From positions 1,664,001 to 1,728,000 of the forward strand of contig OY730476.1 of assembly GCA_963422735.1 (NCBI GenBank): 64,000 nt of DNA. The letters run 5' to 3'. This DNA comes from Candidatus Latescibacterota bacterium (lineage in GTDB: Bacteria; Latescibacterota; UBA2968; UBA8231). The stretch's first letter is position 1. Every line of letters starts with the position of its first letter. The translations under genes were made by a program, and so were the position numbers. Below are positions 40,371 through 50,019 of the stretch, piece after piece. The notes beneath the pieces are model-generated. The model saw only the letters and a program-made list of their open reading frames with translations, ran no database searches and had not been told where the DNA came from.

Positions 40371-40949
40371 TTACAGAAATCCAGCAGGAACTGGGTTGCC
40401 GGCAGCCGCGAGGCCCGCGACGGAGATGTACAATTGGCCTAGCAAGGGGTCTTGGGGCAGGGTCCGGCGCTGCTTGGCAAAGAGCTTCATGGCAAAACGG
40501 ACGCAGGCTTCGGTGGCCTGACTGCCCACGCTCAAGTAGATGGCCCGATCTGCCAGTTGGGCGACCCAGTGATCGATGAGCAGGGGCCACGTATGGGTGT
40601 GAGGGCAAGTCTGGGTGAACTCTTCGGGGATGCCCGGGAAGAGAGCGGCTACGGCACCCACTCGAGGATCGGCTGCAGCCAAGCGCAGCACGCGAAACTC
40701 CATAGCCTGCAGTTTTTTACCCTTGACCCCAATCTGCTCTAGGCAGAAGTCGAGGGCGACGAATTGTGCAAAGGGATCGTCGCCGGCCATGATGGCCCGG
40801 CCCATGCCCAACTGGCACTCGCCGTGGTTGGGCAGATCAAAGCTGAGGACATAGTGCCCGGCCTGCAAAAAGGGATGGGTCGGATGGTTCTGGGTCTCGT
40901 CGTACAGGGCGAGCTGCGCCGTGGTGCTGACATTGAGCAATAAACCCAA
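40371..40949 (-). pseudogene. degraded alpha/beta hydrolase
   Basis: SFDLPNHG and AAADPRV are kept, but the nucleophile elbow appears deleted. Confidence 0.5.
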
Positions 40950-41399
40950 CCGATTGCCCCCAAGGAAGTTTCAGGCATGGCTAGGGTGCAGCGGAGTTGT
41001 TGGTTGCCGCCGGGCTGGCCCTGCTCGGCTTGGTTTTTTGGGCGTCTTCTACCTGATGGCGCGGTAGTTCAAGTTGCAGCTAACGGCTTGGCTTTTCCAG
41101 GGCTTTTTCGCGGTGCTAGTGGTGGTTTTCCAGGATGATTTGCGCCGGCTCTTTGAGCAGAGTGCCGCGCTCGGTCTGCGCCGCAAGGCTCCGCGGCCGG
41201 ACCGCTTCAGCTTGGGGCGCTGATCAGGGGGTTGCATCCGTTGGCCGCGAAAAAACGCGGGGCCTTGGTGGTTCTGCCGGGGCGCGAGCCGATAGAGCGG
41301 CATTTGCAGGGGGGCGTCTTTTTGGATGCTGAGATCAGCGAAGAACTCCTCGACAGCCTTTTCGACCCCGGGCTTCACCGCGCCTTTATGCCCTAGAAG

Positions 41400-41810
41400 T
41401 GGCCGACCTCGTGCAGAGCCGGGCGCGGCCTAATCTGGGACGTAATCGAAAATCTTTTCCCGGAAATCTACTACAAGATCATGCTAGGGGTGGAGGGACG
41501 CGAGGAGCAGATGGAGCGGGTCTGTGAGTCTATCCGCACGGTAGGCGAGACCGCATCGGCGTCCTCCAGCTCTTAGGGGGCCTGCGGACCGAGTATAGCC
41601 CCACTGGCCGAGGCGGGCGCTTTGACATGCAGGTCGCCGAGCAGATGCCAGCAGCGGCCATAGATTGGCTCGGCGGCGTCTATCCGACCTTGCCCGACCG
41701 CCCCTTAAGTGCCAAGCAGGTCTGGGACAATCTCTGCTACTTTTTCCAACGCGCCGTACCTACCTACATGGGTCCGTAAGGTATTGGGTGCGTTCTGGAG
41801 CTATTACGAC
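41400..41810 (+). pseudogene. mannonate dehydratase (UxuA)-like remnant
   Basis: Hand translation gives WDVIENLFPEIYYKIMLGVEGREEQMERVCESIRTVG and VWDNLCYFFQRAVP fragments. Confidence 0.65.
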
Positions 41811-41914
41811 AAGCCGGTGTAGAGCCGAAGGTAGAAATTGAGGATGCTTTGATCGGTACGACCCTAAGCAACATAGAGCAACTCAGGTGCTTTTTCTATG
41901 CCTACTTGTCGCTT

Positions 41915-44536
41915 TCAAGTATTGAGTCGAAGGTCTTCTTCTCTCTCCTTTTTGCGGAATGGAATGCCGAGTTTCCGCAGCCGGCTGCGCAGCGTGTTGG
42001 GATGGATGCCGAGCAAGTGGGCCGCTCCTCGTGGGCCGTAAATGACCCCGTTGGTGTGGGCCAACACGCAGGTCAGGTATTCGCGCAAGTGGTCCTCAAG
42101 CGGCACAATGGCGAAGGCGCCTTCGATCGGATGGCATCTGGCCGCGCCTATACCTTGAGCAAAGTGATCCGGCTCGATAGGGCCTCGATGGGCCACTAGG
42201 ACGGCGCGCTGAACAACGTGTTCCAACTGGCGCACATTGCCCGGCCAGTCGTAGGCTTGCAGTGCTTCTATCCCGGCGGAACTGATGGGCGCGGAAGGCT
42301 GGTTCGGTTGGACCGCAAACTGCGTGGCAAAATACTCAGCAAGCAGCGGGATATCTTCCGGGCGTTCTTTCAGGGGGGGAATACGGATAGAATAGCCTTC
42401 GAGCCGGTAGAACAGGTCGGCGCGGAAGGTCCCGCTGACGACGGCCTGCTCGAGGTCGTCGTGGGTCGCAGCGATGACGCGAACATCAACGGGGATGGCT
42501 TGGTTGCCGCCGACTCTGTAGATCTGTTGTTCCTGTAGTACTTCCAGCAAGTTCGCCTGCACATCGAGGGTGAGATCGCCGATTTCATCGAGGAACAGGG
42601 TACCTTGGTCGGCCCGTTCAAATTTGCCTATGTGGCGGTCATGCGCCCCGGTAAAGGCTCCTTTTTCGTGGCCGAATAACTCGTTGTTGACCAGCTCGCG
42701 CTGAAGTGTGCCGCAGTTGACGGAGACAAACGGCGCAGCTCGGCGCGCGCTCAACTCGTGGATCGCTTGGGCGGCGAGGCTCTTGCCGGTGCCGGTTTCG
42801 CCGAGTAAGAGCACCGTCAAATCCGTCTCGGCCGCCTTGAGGAGATGGGCATCCACTTGGCGTATAACTTGGCTCTGGCCTACGAACCAGCGTTTCAGTA
42901 CGTCCATGCGGGTGTCTTCGGTGATCTCAAACTGAACCCTAGCTTGGTCGGAATAGGTGAGGTCCCGATCTATGGCTTGGAGGCAAAACGTATAAGTCCC
43001 CGGCTGAAGTGGCGGGTATTCCACTTGAGTCTCGGCCGTCTGCCGCCACTCCGACTCTAGGCCGTCAAGGCGGTAGCGGTAGCTCAGATGAGATGGGTGA
43101 TCAAGTGGGCTGGTGCCCTCAAAGTGGATGCGGACGCGATCCGCCGTACCGGGCAAGCGAATCGCTTGGTCGGCGACGACCTCATAGACTGCATCGGCCT
43201 CTAGGCTCACGATGGTCGCTTGTGGGGGTATGCGTTGGGGTGTGTACCGCACTAAGGCACCTTTGGTCACCAGATAGAGCGCACCGTCGCGGTCTTCAGC
43301 GAGAGCACGGACGGTGTTGCACAAGGAGAGTTCAGGCACCTCGACATTTTGGAAGACTTGGTCGTCGTAGCCGCACAGCCCGCGGCCTTCGGTGCCCATC
43401 CACAGCCGCCCGTCGCGGGCTTGGATGACGCTGGTGACGGTATCGCACGGCAGCCCGTCGCCCCGGGTGAAATGACGGATTCGACCCTCTTTTAAACACA
43501 ACAATCCTTGGTTGGTCCCTATCCACAGCCGCCCGTCGCCCCCCTCGTACAGGGCAAATACCAAACAGGCGGGCACGGCATCTACTTTTGCACACGTGGT
43601 GCCGTCGAAGCGGTACAGCCCGTGCTCTTCATCCGCAGAGTTCGACCCCAACCATAGATGCCCTTGACGACTCCAAGCGAGGACATCAATCTGAAGGGGA
43701 GTCGCTCGCCCGAACCAGCGAACCTGCCCGTCCTCGACATAGCCGAACCCGCCTCCGTGCTGATAGGCAAACCAGACCCGGCCGTATTCATCTATAGTAA
43801 TAGCCGAAATGGCGTCCGGCGACGCGGGTTGGTGCATTAATTTTATCTGCCGGGCGTCGTAGTCGTAACAATATAGGCCCGTGCCGGTTTCCCCAAACCA
43901 TACGCAGCCGTCCCGATCTAGGCATAGTGCCGTGATCTCTTGGCATCCGGGGATGGCTACGTTCTCGGCACGGCTCCAATGGGTGTCAAAACGGACGAGT
44001 CCGCCTTCGGTGCTGGTCCACAAAGGGTCGGCATTGCTCTGGGCGATGCAGGTAAGACCTGTCGCTGGCAGCCCGTGGTCGGGGCCGAAGACTTGCAGGC
44101 GTTGGCTGTCGTAGCAGTATAGGCCCCTATCGCGAGTTCCCACCCAGAGCCGCCCGAGGCGATCCACGCACAAACCCCGCGAGAAAGAGAGGTCGCCCCG
44201 GTGCGCGAAGTCCATTCGCTCGGCATCGCAACAGGCCAATGCGCCCTCGTAGGCGGTCAGATAGATAGTCTCTGAACGAGGATCCGCCTCAATGGCAAGG
44301 AAGTGAAGCTGGCGACTAGGCTCCAGCAGGCGGAAATCCTGGCCATCGAATACAAAGACGCCGACACTGGTGGCCAGCCAAAGGGTGCCGTCTGATCGGG
44401 CCAACAAGCCCGTCACCTCTGCATTGGGAGCCACCTCGTTAAATCGCGCATGTCTATGGGGTATGTCACTCATGCGGTTGTAGGAGTACAGGCTGCGACC
44501 ACCGCACCAGATAGTCCCCTGAGTGTCGATAGCCAA
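41915..44536 (-). CDS. sigma54-dependent activator with Reg_prop beta-propeller and Y_Y_Y sensor domains, possibly 5'-truncated
   Basis: Repeated 'D..G.LW.GT...GL' blades; YRYRLDG...LQPGTYTF; [27 protein letters not shown]; Fis-type HTH. Confidence 0.9.
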   Translation of the reverse strand: MAIDTQGTIWCGGRSLYSYNRMSDIPHRHARFNEVAPNAEVTGLLARSDGTLWLATSVGVFVFDGQDFRLLEPSRQLHFLAIEADPRSETIYLTAYEGALACCDAERMDFAHRGDLSFSRGLCVDRLGRLWVGTRDRGLYCYDSQRLQVFGPDHGLPATGLTCIAQSNADPLWTSTEGGLVRFDTHWSRAENVAIPGCQEITALCLDRDGCVWFGETGTGLYCYDYDARQIKLMHQPASPDAISAITIDEYGRVWFAYQHGGGFGYVEDGQVRWFGRATPLQIDVLAWSRQGHLWLGSNSADEEHGLYRFDGTTCAKVDAVPACLVFALYEGGDGRLWIGTNQGLLCLKEGRIRHFTRGDGLPCDTVTSVIQARDGRLWMGTEGRGLCGYDDQVFQNVEVPELSLCNTVRALAEDRDGALYLVTKGALVRYTPQRIPPQATIVSLEADAVYEVVADQAIRLPGTADRVRIHFEGTSPLDHPSHLSYRYRLDGLESEWRQTAETQVEYPPLQPGTYTFCLQAIDRDLTYSDQARVQFEITEDTRMDVLKRWFVGQSQVIRQVDAHLLKAAETDLTVLLLGETGTGKSLAAQAIHELSARRAAPFVSVNCGTLQRELVNNELFGHEKGAFTGAHDRHIGKFERADQGTLFLDEIGDLTLDVQANLLEVLQEQQIYRVGGNQAIPVDVRVIAATHDDLEQAVVSGTFRADLFYRLEGYSIRIPPLKERPEDIPLLAEYFATQFAVQPNQPSAPISSAGIEALQAYDWPGNVRQLEHVVQRAVLVAHRGPIEPDHFAQGIGAARCHPIEGAFAIVPLEDHLREYLTCVLAHTNGVIYGPRGAAHLLGIHPNTLRSRLRKLGIPFRKKEREEDLRLNT

Positions 44537-44578
44537 GGCACAGATGCTTTCGCCGTGGAAGTAGGCGCGATCGGTTAG

Positions 44579-45004
44579 GGCGATGAGTCTGAGGTGCTAT
44601 GGGTCGTCTCTTGGGGGATGCTTTTCCTCTACAATATCATCCAGCGCCTAGCCCCTCGATCCTTCGTACAGGCGATGCCTATTCGGGCGTTGCGCGAAGG
44701 CATGGTGCCGCGTCTAGCGATCTACGCGGAGGATAAAGCGGGGGAATATCGTTGTGGCGCAGCGGTCGGGCAAAGGCAGGACGTGCTGTGTTATGCCGGC
44801 CGGCCGTTGACGAAGGGGCAAGTGCGGACGTTGCACGAAAAATCAGCGGGCGGTTCTTTCGCGCCATTTGGCCATGAGTTGGAAGTTGAACTAGCCGTAC
44901 CGTTCGCGCCCATAATCGCAGCCGCTGGGGTGCTGACCGTGGTCTTGGGCGGCAGTCTGATCAAACCCCTGATACAGCTATTCTCTCCTTGGCTGCCGTC
45001 TTAG
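44579..45004 (+). pseudogene. C-terminal part of an A24 (FlaK/prepilin-peptidase-like) membrane protein
   Basis: LREGMV...PLTKGQVRTL...VPFAPIIAAAGVLT pattern; no catalytic N-terminal half and no RBS. Confidence 0.5.
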
Positions 45005-45014
45005 TGGGGGACCT

Positions 45015-45638
45015 ATGAATCGGGATAGAAAAGACCCTGTAACGATGGCCTTTGGCGTCTTGTTGGTTGTGTTGCTGCCGACCTTTTTCCTGTTGGCGAG
45101 CCACTATCAGTCGCTAGACGAGCGCGTACGGCAGTTGCAGCCAAAGCCCTTGGTGCCCGCGCCTTCACCCGAGGCCCTGTTGGCGCAAGTGAGCCACGTC
45201 GCATCCGACCGTACGCTCCAACTCCAACAGGTATGGGCCGCCGAGCCGGAACCGGCTTCTGGCCTAGTGGCCGACTACACCGTCATGCGCGGCGACGAGG
45301 CGGTCTATCGGCTGGTGCTGTTCCGCTACGATATCGCTTGTAGTGTGTGCCGGGACGTGCTGGCCGCCGCGCTGTACGATGCCGAAGGCGACGCGCTGGT
45401 GCAGATATTCCTGCTCGACGATTGGGAGGTGCGCGGCGAGCGGGTTGATACCGCGCAATTTTTGCGCCAATTCGCCGGTCGCCCGGTGGCGGAGGAACTG
45501 GCTCTTGAGTCCAATGTCGATGGGATCAGCGGGGCCACGTTTTCAACCGGGGGTCTTGTCGAACAGCTCAACACCGCGGCGGCGTGGGTGCGAGAGCATC
45601 CGCTGGGGACGCCCGCAAGCGAGGAGGAACGACTGTGA
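45015..45638 (+). CDS. membrane-anchored FMN-binding domain protein with a CxxC motif
   Basis: N-terminal TM; CSVC; FLRQFAG; flavinylation-type motif VDGISGATFS. Confidence 0.85.
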   Translation: MNRDRKDPVTMAFGVLLVVLLPTFFLLASHYQSLDERVRQLQPKPLVPAPSPEALLAQVSHVASDRTLQLQQVWAAEPEPASGLVADYTVMRGDEAVYRLVLFRYDIACSVCRDVLAAALYDAEGDALVQIFLLDDWEVRGERVDTAQFLRQFAGRPVAEELALESNVDGISGATFSTGGLVEQLNTAAAWVREHPLGTPASEEERL

Positions 45639-46174
45639 ACGATCTCAAACCCAATCGCTGGGCTACGACCTTGATCGTGGCCACGGGTCTCCTGTTGGGA
45701 GCCTGTACCTTCTTGGCGGCCAAGATCGTCAACCCGCCTCCTATTGATCCGCTGGATGTGGAGTTTTGGGATTTGCTGGGTACGCAAGCGGCCGTACTGG
45801 AACTAGAGAGTCTGGCGGGTACGGGCAAGGTTTCCAACGCGCAATTTGCGGACGCGCCCTATCTGCTCATCTTCGCCGACCCGACTTGCAGTGCCTGCGA
45901 GACGATCTATCCGCACCTGCTGCGCGCCTCGCAGGTGCAGAGGGTGAAGGTCCTGTTCATTGCCTCGGGTGACCGGCAGGCGATGCAAGACAAAATGGAG
46001 GAACACAGTTTTTCGTTTCCCGTCGCCTTTGATTCCCTGTTGACGGCTAATAAGCCCTTTGCGGTAACTGCTTTTCCCACCTCCGTATGGGTCGATGCCG
46101 AAGGCAACATTGCCAAAGCCGCCACCGGCGTCCAAGGTGCCGCCGTCGTAATACACTTGGCTGGAGGGGCCTGA
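45635..46174 (+). CDS. TlpA/redoxin-family thioredoxin-fold protein
   Basis: N-terminal TM; CSAC; FSFPVAFD; AFPT..VD.EG; GTG start overlaps the previous stop. Confidence 0.85.
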   Translation: MNDLKPNRWATTLIVATGLLLGACTFLAAKIVNPPPIDPLDVEFWDLLGTQAAVLELESLAGTGKVSNAQFADAPYLLIFADPTCSACETIYPHLLRASQVQRVKVLFIASGDRQAMQDKMEEHSFSFPVAFDSLLTANKPFAVTAFPTSVWVDAEGNIAKAATGVQGAAVVIHLAGGA

Positions 46175-46182
46175 AAGGATGA

Positions 46183-46740
46183 ATGCGCCATGCAGTTTGT
46201 AACGCTCTTGGGTCGTCCGGTAGTCTGGACGATGGTAGCCTGTGCCGCGGTCGTGCTCTTTTTGATGTTGTGCCCTTCTTCGTCGGCCCTCTCTCCGGTG
46301 GTCTGGACCGCGCCCTCGGCCAATCCGCTATCCGAGGTGCTGCGCCCGATTTCGCTTTGCCGACCGTGCAGGGCGGCACGATGGCACTCAGCACGTTGCG
46401 GGGAAAGTCCGCCCTGCTCGCCTTTGTTACGGCGGAATGTCCGTATTGTCAAAAGTTAAAAAAGAAACTCGAAGCCTTTGCACTGGATGCAGACCACCAA
46501 CTCGTCTTCATCTGCACCGGGGAAGAGGGGGCTCGGAAGATCCGCGAGACTTATTCCTTTACGTACCCGGTGTTGATCGACTCGGCTGGTGCCGTCTCAC
46601 AGGCGTACAAAACCCCCGGGGTGCTTGCGGTGTATCAGATCGATACCGCGGGGAAGGTGGTGGACTTGGTGGTGGGGTGGCCGCCGGCTTGGGAGTTTGT
46701 CCGGGGTTTTGGCCGATCCCAGCCTAGCGAAGGCTCTTGA
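46183..46740 (+). CDS. second TlpA/redoxin-family protein; the N-terminal anchor appears out of frame
   Basis: APDFALP, CPYC, YPVLID. The hydrophobic anchor is encoded in the 46190 frame. Confidence 0.75.
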   Translation: MRHAVCNALGSSGSLDDGSLCRGRALFDVVPFFVGPLSGGLDRALGQSAIRGAAPDFALPTVQGGTMALSTLRGKSALLAFVTAECPYCQKLKKKLEAFALDADHQLVFICTGEEGARKIRETYSFTYPVLIDSAGAVSQAYKTPGVLAVYQIDTAGKVVDLVVGWPPAWEFVRGFGRSQPSEGS

Positions 46741-46788
46741 GGCGATTTGTTCAATCACCCCTACGGCCCAGAAAGGAGGTGCTATTAC

Positions 46789-46872
46789 ATGCTCGTAGGT
46801 TTGATTCCCAGTCAGCAACCACAACGGTTTGCTGATCCTTTTTCTACCCTTTTGAGGAGGATTTCGTTATGA
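46789..46872 (+). CDS. 27-aa small ORF coupled to the peptide gene
   Basis: AAAGGAGGT lies 8 nt before ATG; MLVGLIPSQQPQRFADPFSTLLRRISL*; ATGA overlap with 46869. Confidence 0.45.
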   Translation: MLVGLIPSQQPQRFADPFSTLLRRISL

Positions 46873-47216
46873 AGTCTTTGCCTTTGTTCTTGCAGTCGGC
46901 GCTGCTGCTGCCGCTGCTGGCCCCGCTGGTCGAGTTCGTTACCTCGCCCAGCGGCCACGTCGAGCCGCGCCAAGGGTTGGCGATGGGGTGGTTGGGTAGC
47001 GTGGTGGCGGGTCTGGCCGTGGTATTCGGCACGGCTGACCAAGGGCAGGCCGATTCCTGCCACGGAATAGCCAAAGGTTCGACCGGACAGATCTGCAGAA
47101 CTGACATCCCATGCGCTTGGGATCACGATGGAACGCCCAGAGGGTGGGCGCAGGTCACATACTATCACGACAGTGCGTTAGGCTGTCTATGGAAGAATGC
47201 GTCCTGCACCTGCTGA
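46869..47216 (+). CDS. secreted six-cysteine peptide precursor
   Basis: GAGGAGG RBS; hydrophobic leader ending GQA; 54-aa core with 6 Cys ending CTC. Confidence 0.8.
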   Translation: MKSLPLFLQSALLLPLLAPLVEFVTSPSGHVEPRQGLAMGWLGSVVAGLAVVFGTADQGQADSCHGIAKGSTGQICRTDIPCAWDHDGTPRGWAQVTYYHDSALGCLWKNASCTC

Positions 47217-47223
47217 GACGTAT

Positions 47224-47262
47224 AGCCAATATGGCACTTTAGGGCCGGGTGCCATATTGGCT
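47224..47262 (+). terminator. perfect 14-bp hairpin after the peptide gene
   Basis: AGCCAATATGGCAC-N11-GTGCCATATTGGCT followed by T-rich sequence. Confidence 0.7.
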
Positions 47263-47352
47263 GGTTGTCTTCTGTTCTACTGATCCTGTTGGGCAAATAG
47301 AGTAGGGTATTAGACCCGCTACGTATCCACCCACTACCTCTGGAGATGAACG

Positions 47353-49497
47353 ATGCGCTGCTTGCTCATAGCAATTTTGTTGTTGGCGGTTCCGTTGGGA
47401 GCCTGCGCCTTAACGTGGGATTTTACCGAAGGCACCACTTGGGGCTGGACCGCCCAAGAGAGTTTTTTGTCTAGGGATGGTACTATCACCACGGTGTCCA
47501 GCGAAGTCGAAGACGGCGTTTGGCGCATTGCTCCGGTGCCTAACGCGCAACGACCGGCCATTCAATTGCGCTCGCCGCCGATTGGGGAAGACTCCGCCCT
47601 ATTCGACTGGGTCACCCTACGGCTGCGCATCGCACATGATCGCCCCACTAGGGGAAACCTTCTGATGCAGTGGTTCAATCCCGAATACAGACGCCGCAAG
47701 GAGAAATTGGGCCAATTCGGACTACTAGGTGCCCTGACGAGCGTTAGTACGGGACGTTCTCAAATCTATCCCACGGAATGGGAAAACATCACGATAGATA
47801 TACGCGCTTTGGAAGCCGCTGCGGAAGCGAACCCAGCAGAGGAGATCGTTTGGCATGACACCCTCTTCTACTTCTATATAGAACTGAATTTAAACATCGA
47901 TGCGTCGGGCCCGGCCGATCATCCGGCCTTTGTCGAAGTGGACTGGATTCAACTGACGGGAGCTGAAGAGTTGCTGCTGGGAGAATTGCAGCCCCGGGAG
48001 ATCCCAGTAGAGGCCGGATTGCCCGGCGAGTTATTTGCCGCGCCCGATTTTTTTTCCCTCGGCGAGGGTATTGAGATAGTATCCTCTCCGCTATTATCGT
48101 CAAGTGCTTTGGGGGATGTGGATGGCGATGGGGATGTGGACCTCGTGGTGACTTGGGAGCGTAAAGCGGACGGTAGAGTAAGCTCAGGTTGGCAGGTAGC
48201 GTCCAACGACGGTTTGGGTGGCTTTGTGACCACCCAAGAGGTTCGCCGTCCAACAAGCCAAGACGAGTGGCTCGCTCTAGGCATAGCGGGGGGTGATTTC
48301 GGCGGAGATGGGCTGCTCGATCTGGCCTTTCGTGAAGGTCAGACCATTGAATTGTGGCTCAACCGGGGCGAGGATGGCTTTGAAACGATCCTACAGCTAT
48401 CCGACGTCCGTTTCCTTGGCTTGGCCGATGGCGACGGCGATGGCGATGTGGACCTGTTGGGTGTGGAGGAAGGCGACACTGAGTACAACGTAATTATATG
48501 GTTCAACGACGGGGCCTCTGGGTTTGTCCGCAGTGATCGGTTTACCCTCGACGGCGAGGAGGAGCTCTTTCCTTTTCTGTTGGCTGGTCAACCGTTGGGC
48601 GAGGCCGTGCGCCTGTTGTGGAACCGAGTGTGCTACGAGCCTTGGGGGCCTTGGCACCTGACCCGGCCGTGGTCGGCTAGCGAGCCGCCGCTGTTTTTTG
48701 AGGCAGAAGTAAACCCCTGTGACCTGCACCTGTTCACCGACCTTGATGGCGATAGAGCGGTTGAGTTCGTCGGGACTCCCAAGCGGGATCTACAATTCGA
48801 TCCTTTTTACGCTGGCATTACCTATCACGGTTTGGCGCTGTGGCGGGTGGACGCCTTGGGCAGGGTGGAACGCCACACTCTGCTCGGTCCGCAGGTGCGC
48901 GTACCGCATCGGGCCATTGCCAGCGACCTCAACGGCGATGGCCTGCTGGACTTGGCCATCGTCGATGGCAACTTGGTGACCGGGCCGGCACTGGTGGTGC
49001 TGGTCGGTCAGCGCGATGGGGTGCCCATCGTCGAAGGGCGCTACCGGCTGCCGGGCACGGGCGGCGAGGTACTGGCCGGCGATGTAAACGGCGATGGGGC
49101 GACCGATTTGGTGGTGCTGGGAAGGAGTGTGGAAGGCGGTCCGGGCGGGGCCTTCGTCTTCATCAACCAAGGCGTCCCGGCCACAGCCATCGCGGTCGAG
49201 ACGGCGGCCACGCCCTCAACCGTTGCCCTCGGTGCCAACTATCCTAATCCATTCAACCCGGCTACGACCATCCCCTTGGCCGTGCCCGCCCAAGCCGGGG
49301 GCGTGGATTTAACGATCTACAACACATTGGGTCAGCCAGTGCGCCACGTATGGAACGGTCCGTTGGCGGCGGGCGAGCACCGGCTAACTTGGGATGGCCG
49401 GGACGCACAGGGCCAGCCCGTCGCTGCTGGGGTCTATTTGTATCGGTTGCAGGTGGACGACCAGACGCGCATCCGCAAGATGGTCAAACTCGAATAG
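47353..49497 (+). CDS. secreted FG-GAP repeat protein with a C-terminal FlgD-Ig (secretion-tail-like) domain
   Basis: Signal peptide; multiple GDxDGDGxxDL repeats; NYPNPFNP.T.I...WDGRD..G..VAAGVY. Confidence 0.92.
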   Translation: MRCLLIAILLLAVPLGACALTWDFTEGTTWGWTAQESFLSRDGTITTVSSEVEDGVWRIAPVPNAQRPAIQLRSPPIGEDSALFDWVTLRLRIAHDRPTRGNLLMQWFNPEYRRRKEKLGQFGLLGALTSVSTGRSQIYPTEWENITIDIRALEAAAEANPAEEIVWHDTLFYFYIELNLNIDASGPADHPAFVEVDWIQLTGAEELLLGELQPREIPVEAGLPGELFAAPDFFSLGEGIEIVSSPLLSSSALGDVDGDGDVDLVVTWERKADGRVSSGWQVASNDGLGGFVTTQEVRRPTSQDEWLALGIAGGDFGGDGLLDLAFREGQTIELWLNRGEDGFETILQLSDVRFLGLADGDGDGDVDLLGVEEGDTEYNVIIWFNDGASGFVRSDRFTLDGEEELFPFLLAGQPLGEAVRLLWNRVCYEPWGPWHLTRPWSASEPPLFFEAEVNPCDLHLFTDLDGDRAVEFVGTPKRDLQFDPFYAGITYHGLALWRVDALGRVERHTLLGPQVRVPHRAIASDLNGDGLLDLAIVDGNLVTGPALVVLVGQRDGVPIVEGRYRLPGTGGEVLAGDVNGDGATDLVVLGRSVEGGPGGAFVFINQGVPATAIAVETAATPSTVALGANYPNPFNPATTIPLAVPAQAGGVDLTIYNTLGQPVRHVWNGPLAAGEHRLTWDGRDAQGQPVAAGVYLYRLQVDDQTRIRKMVKLE

Positions 49498-49518
49498 ACG
49501 CACGGACTTGGAGCGGAC

Positions 49519-50019
49519 ATGCTGGAGAAATTGCGCCAACACATAGCGGGTGGTTTGCAGCATTTGAGCGTCCGTCTGCAACGGGCCGGCACGGTCGAGG
49601 GCCTGCCGCGCCACGAGTGCCCCGTCCTGATCTTTTTCCACGGTTACAGCTTGGCTCACACCATCCGGCCTCTGGTCGTGGGACGAGCGCTGCGAGCGCG
49701 CGGCTACCCCGTAGAATTCGCAGGCGTAGGGCCTCATACCGCCCGGATCGCCGCCGAAGGATTTCAAGTGTACGCGGTAGAAACCATGCCGCAAAGCCGC
49801 ATGGACGAGTACGTAGCCCGCAGCGACTATGGCTATTACAATGCAGAGTGGATAGAGTGCTGTGTACAAGCCGAATGTGCGCTCATCCGGCGGCTCCGTC
49901 CCGCCCTCGCGCTGGCAGACCTGCGGCCCACCTTGCGGCTCACTGCTTCTCTTGAGGGAGTGGATATAGCGGGGATACCGATATGGTTGCGGGAAGGACC
50001 GTCACCTCTATGGCGATAG
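49519..50019 (+). pseudogene. N-terminal fragment of a GT1/GT28-like glycosyltransferase
   Basis: LAHTIRPLVVGRALRARGYPVEFAG; truncated. Confidence 0.7.

Noticed and set aside
41049-41378. 109-aa ORF, possibly a regulator remnant
   Set aside because: No convincing motif; probably degraded DNA.
46869-47216. Methylamine dehydrogenase small subunit (MauA)
   Set aside because: Too short, 6 rather than about 12 Cys, and no mauB/mauG/mauE nearby.
47232-47246. TGGCAC as a sigma54 promoter for the FG-GAP gene
   Set aside because: No TTGC at the required spacing; it is one arm of the hairpin.
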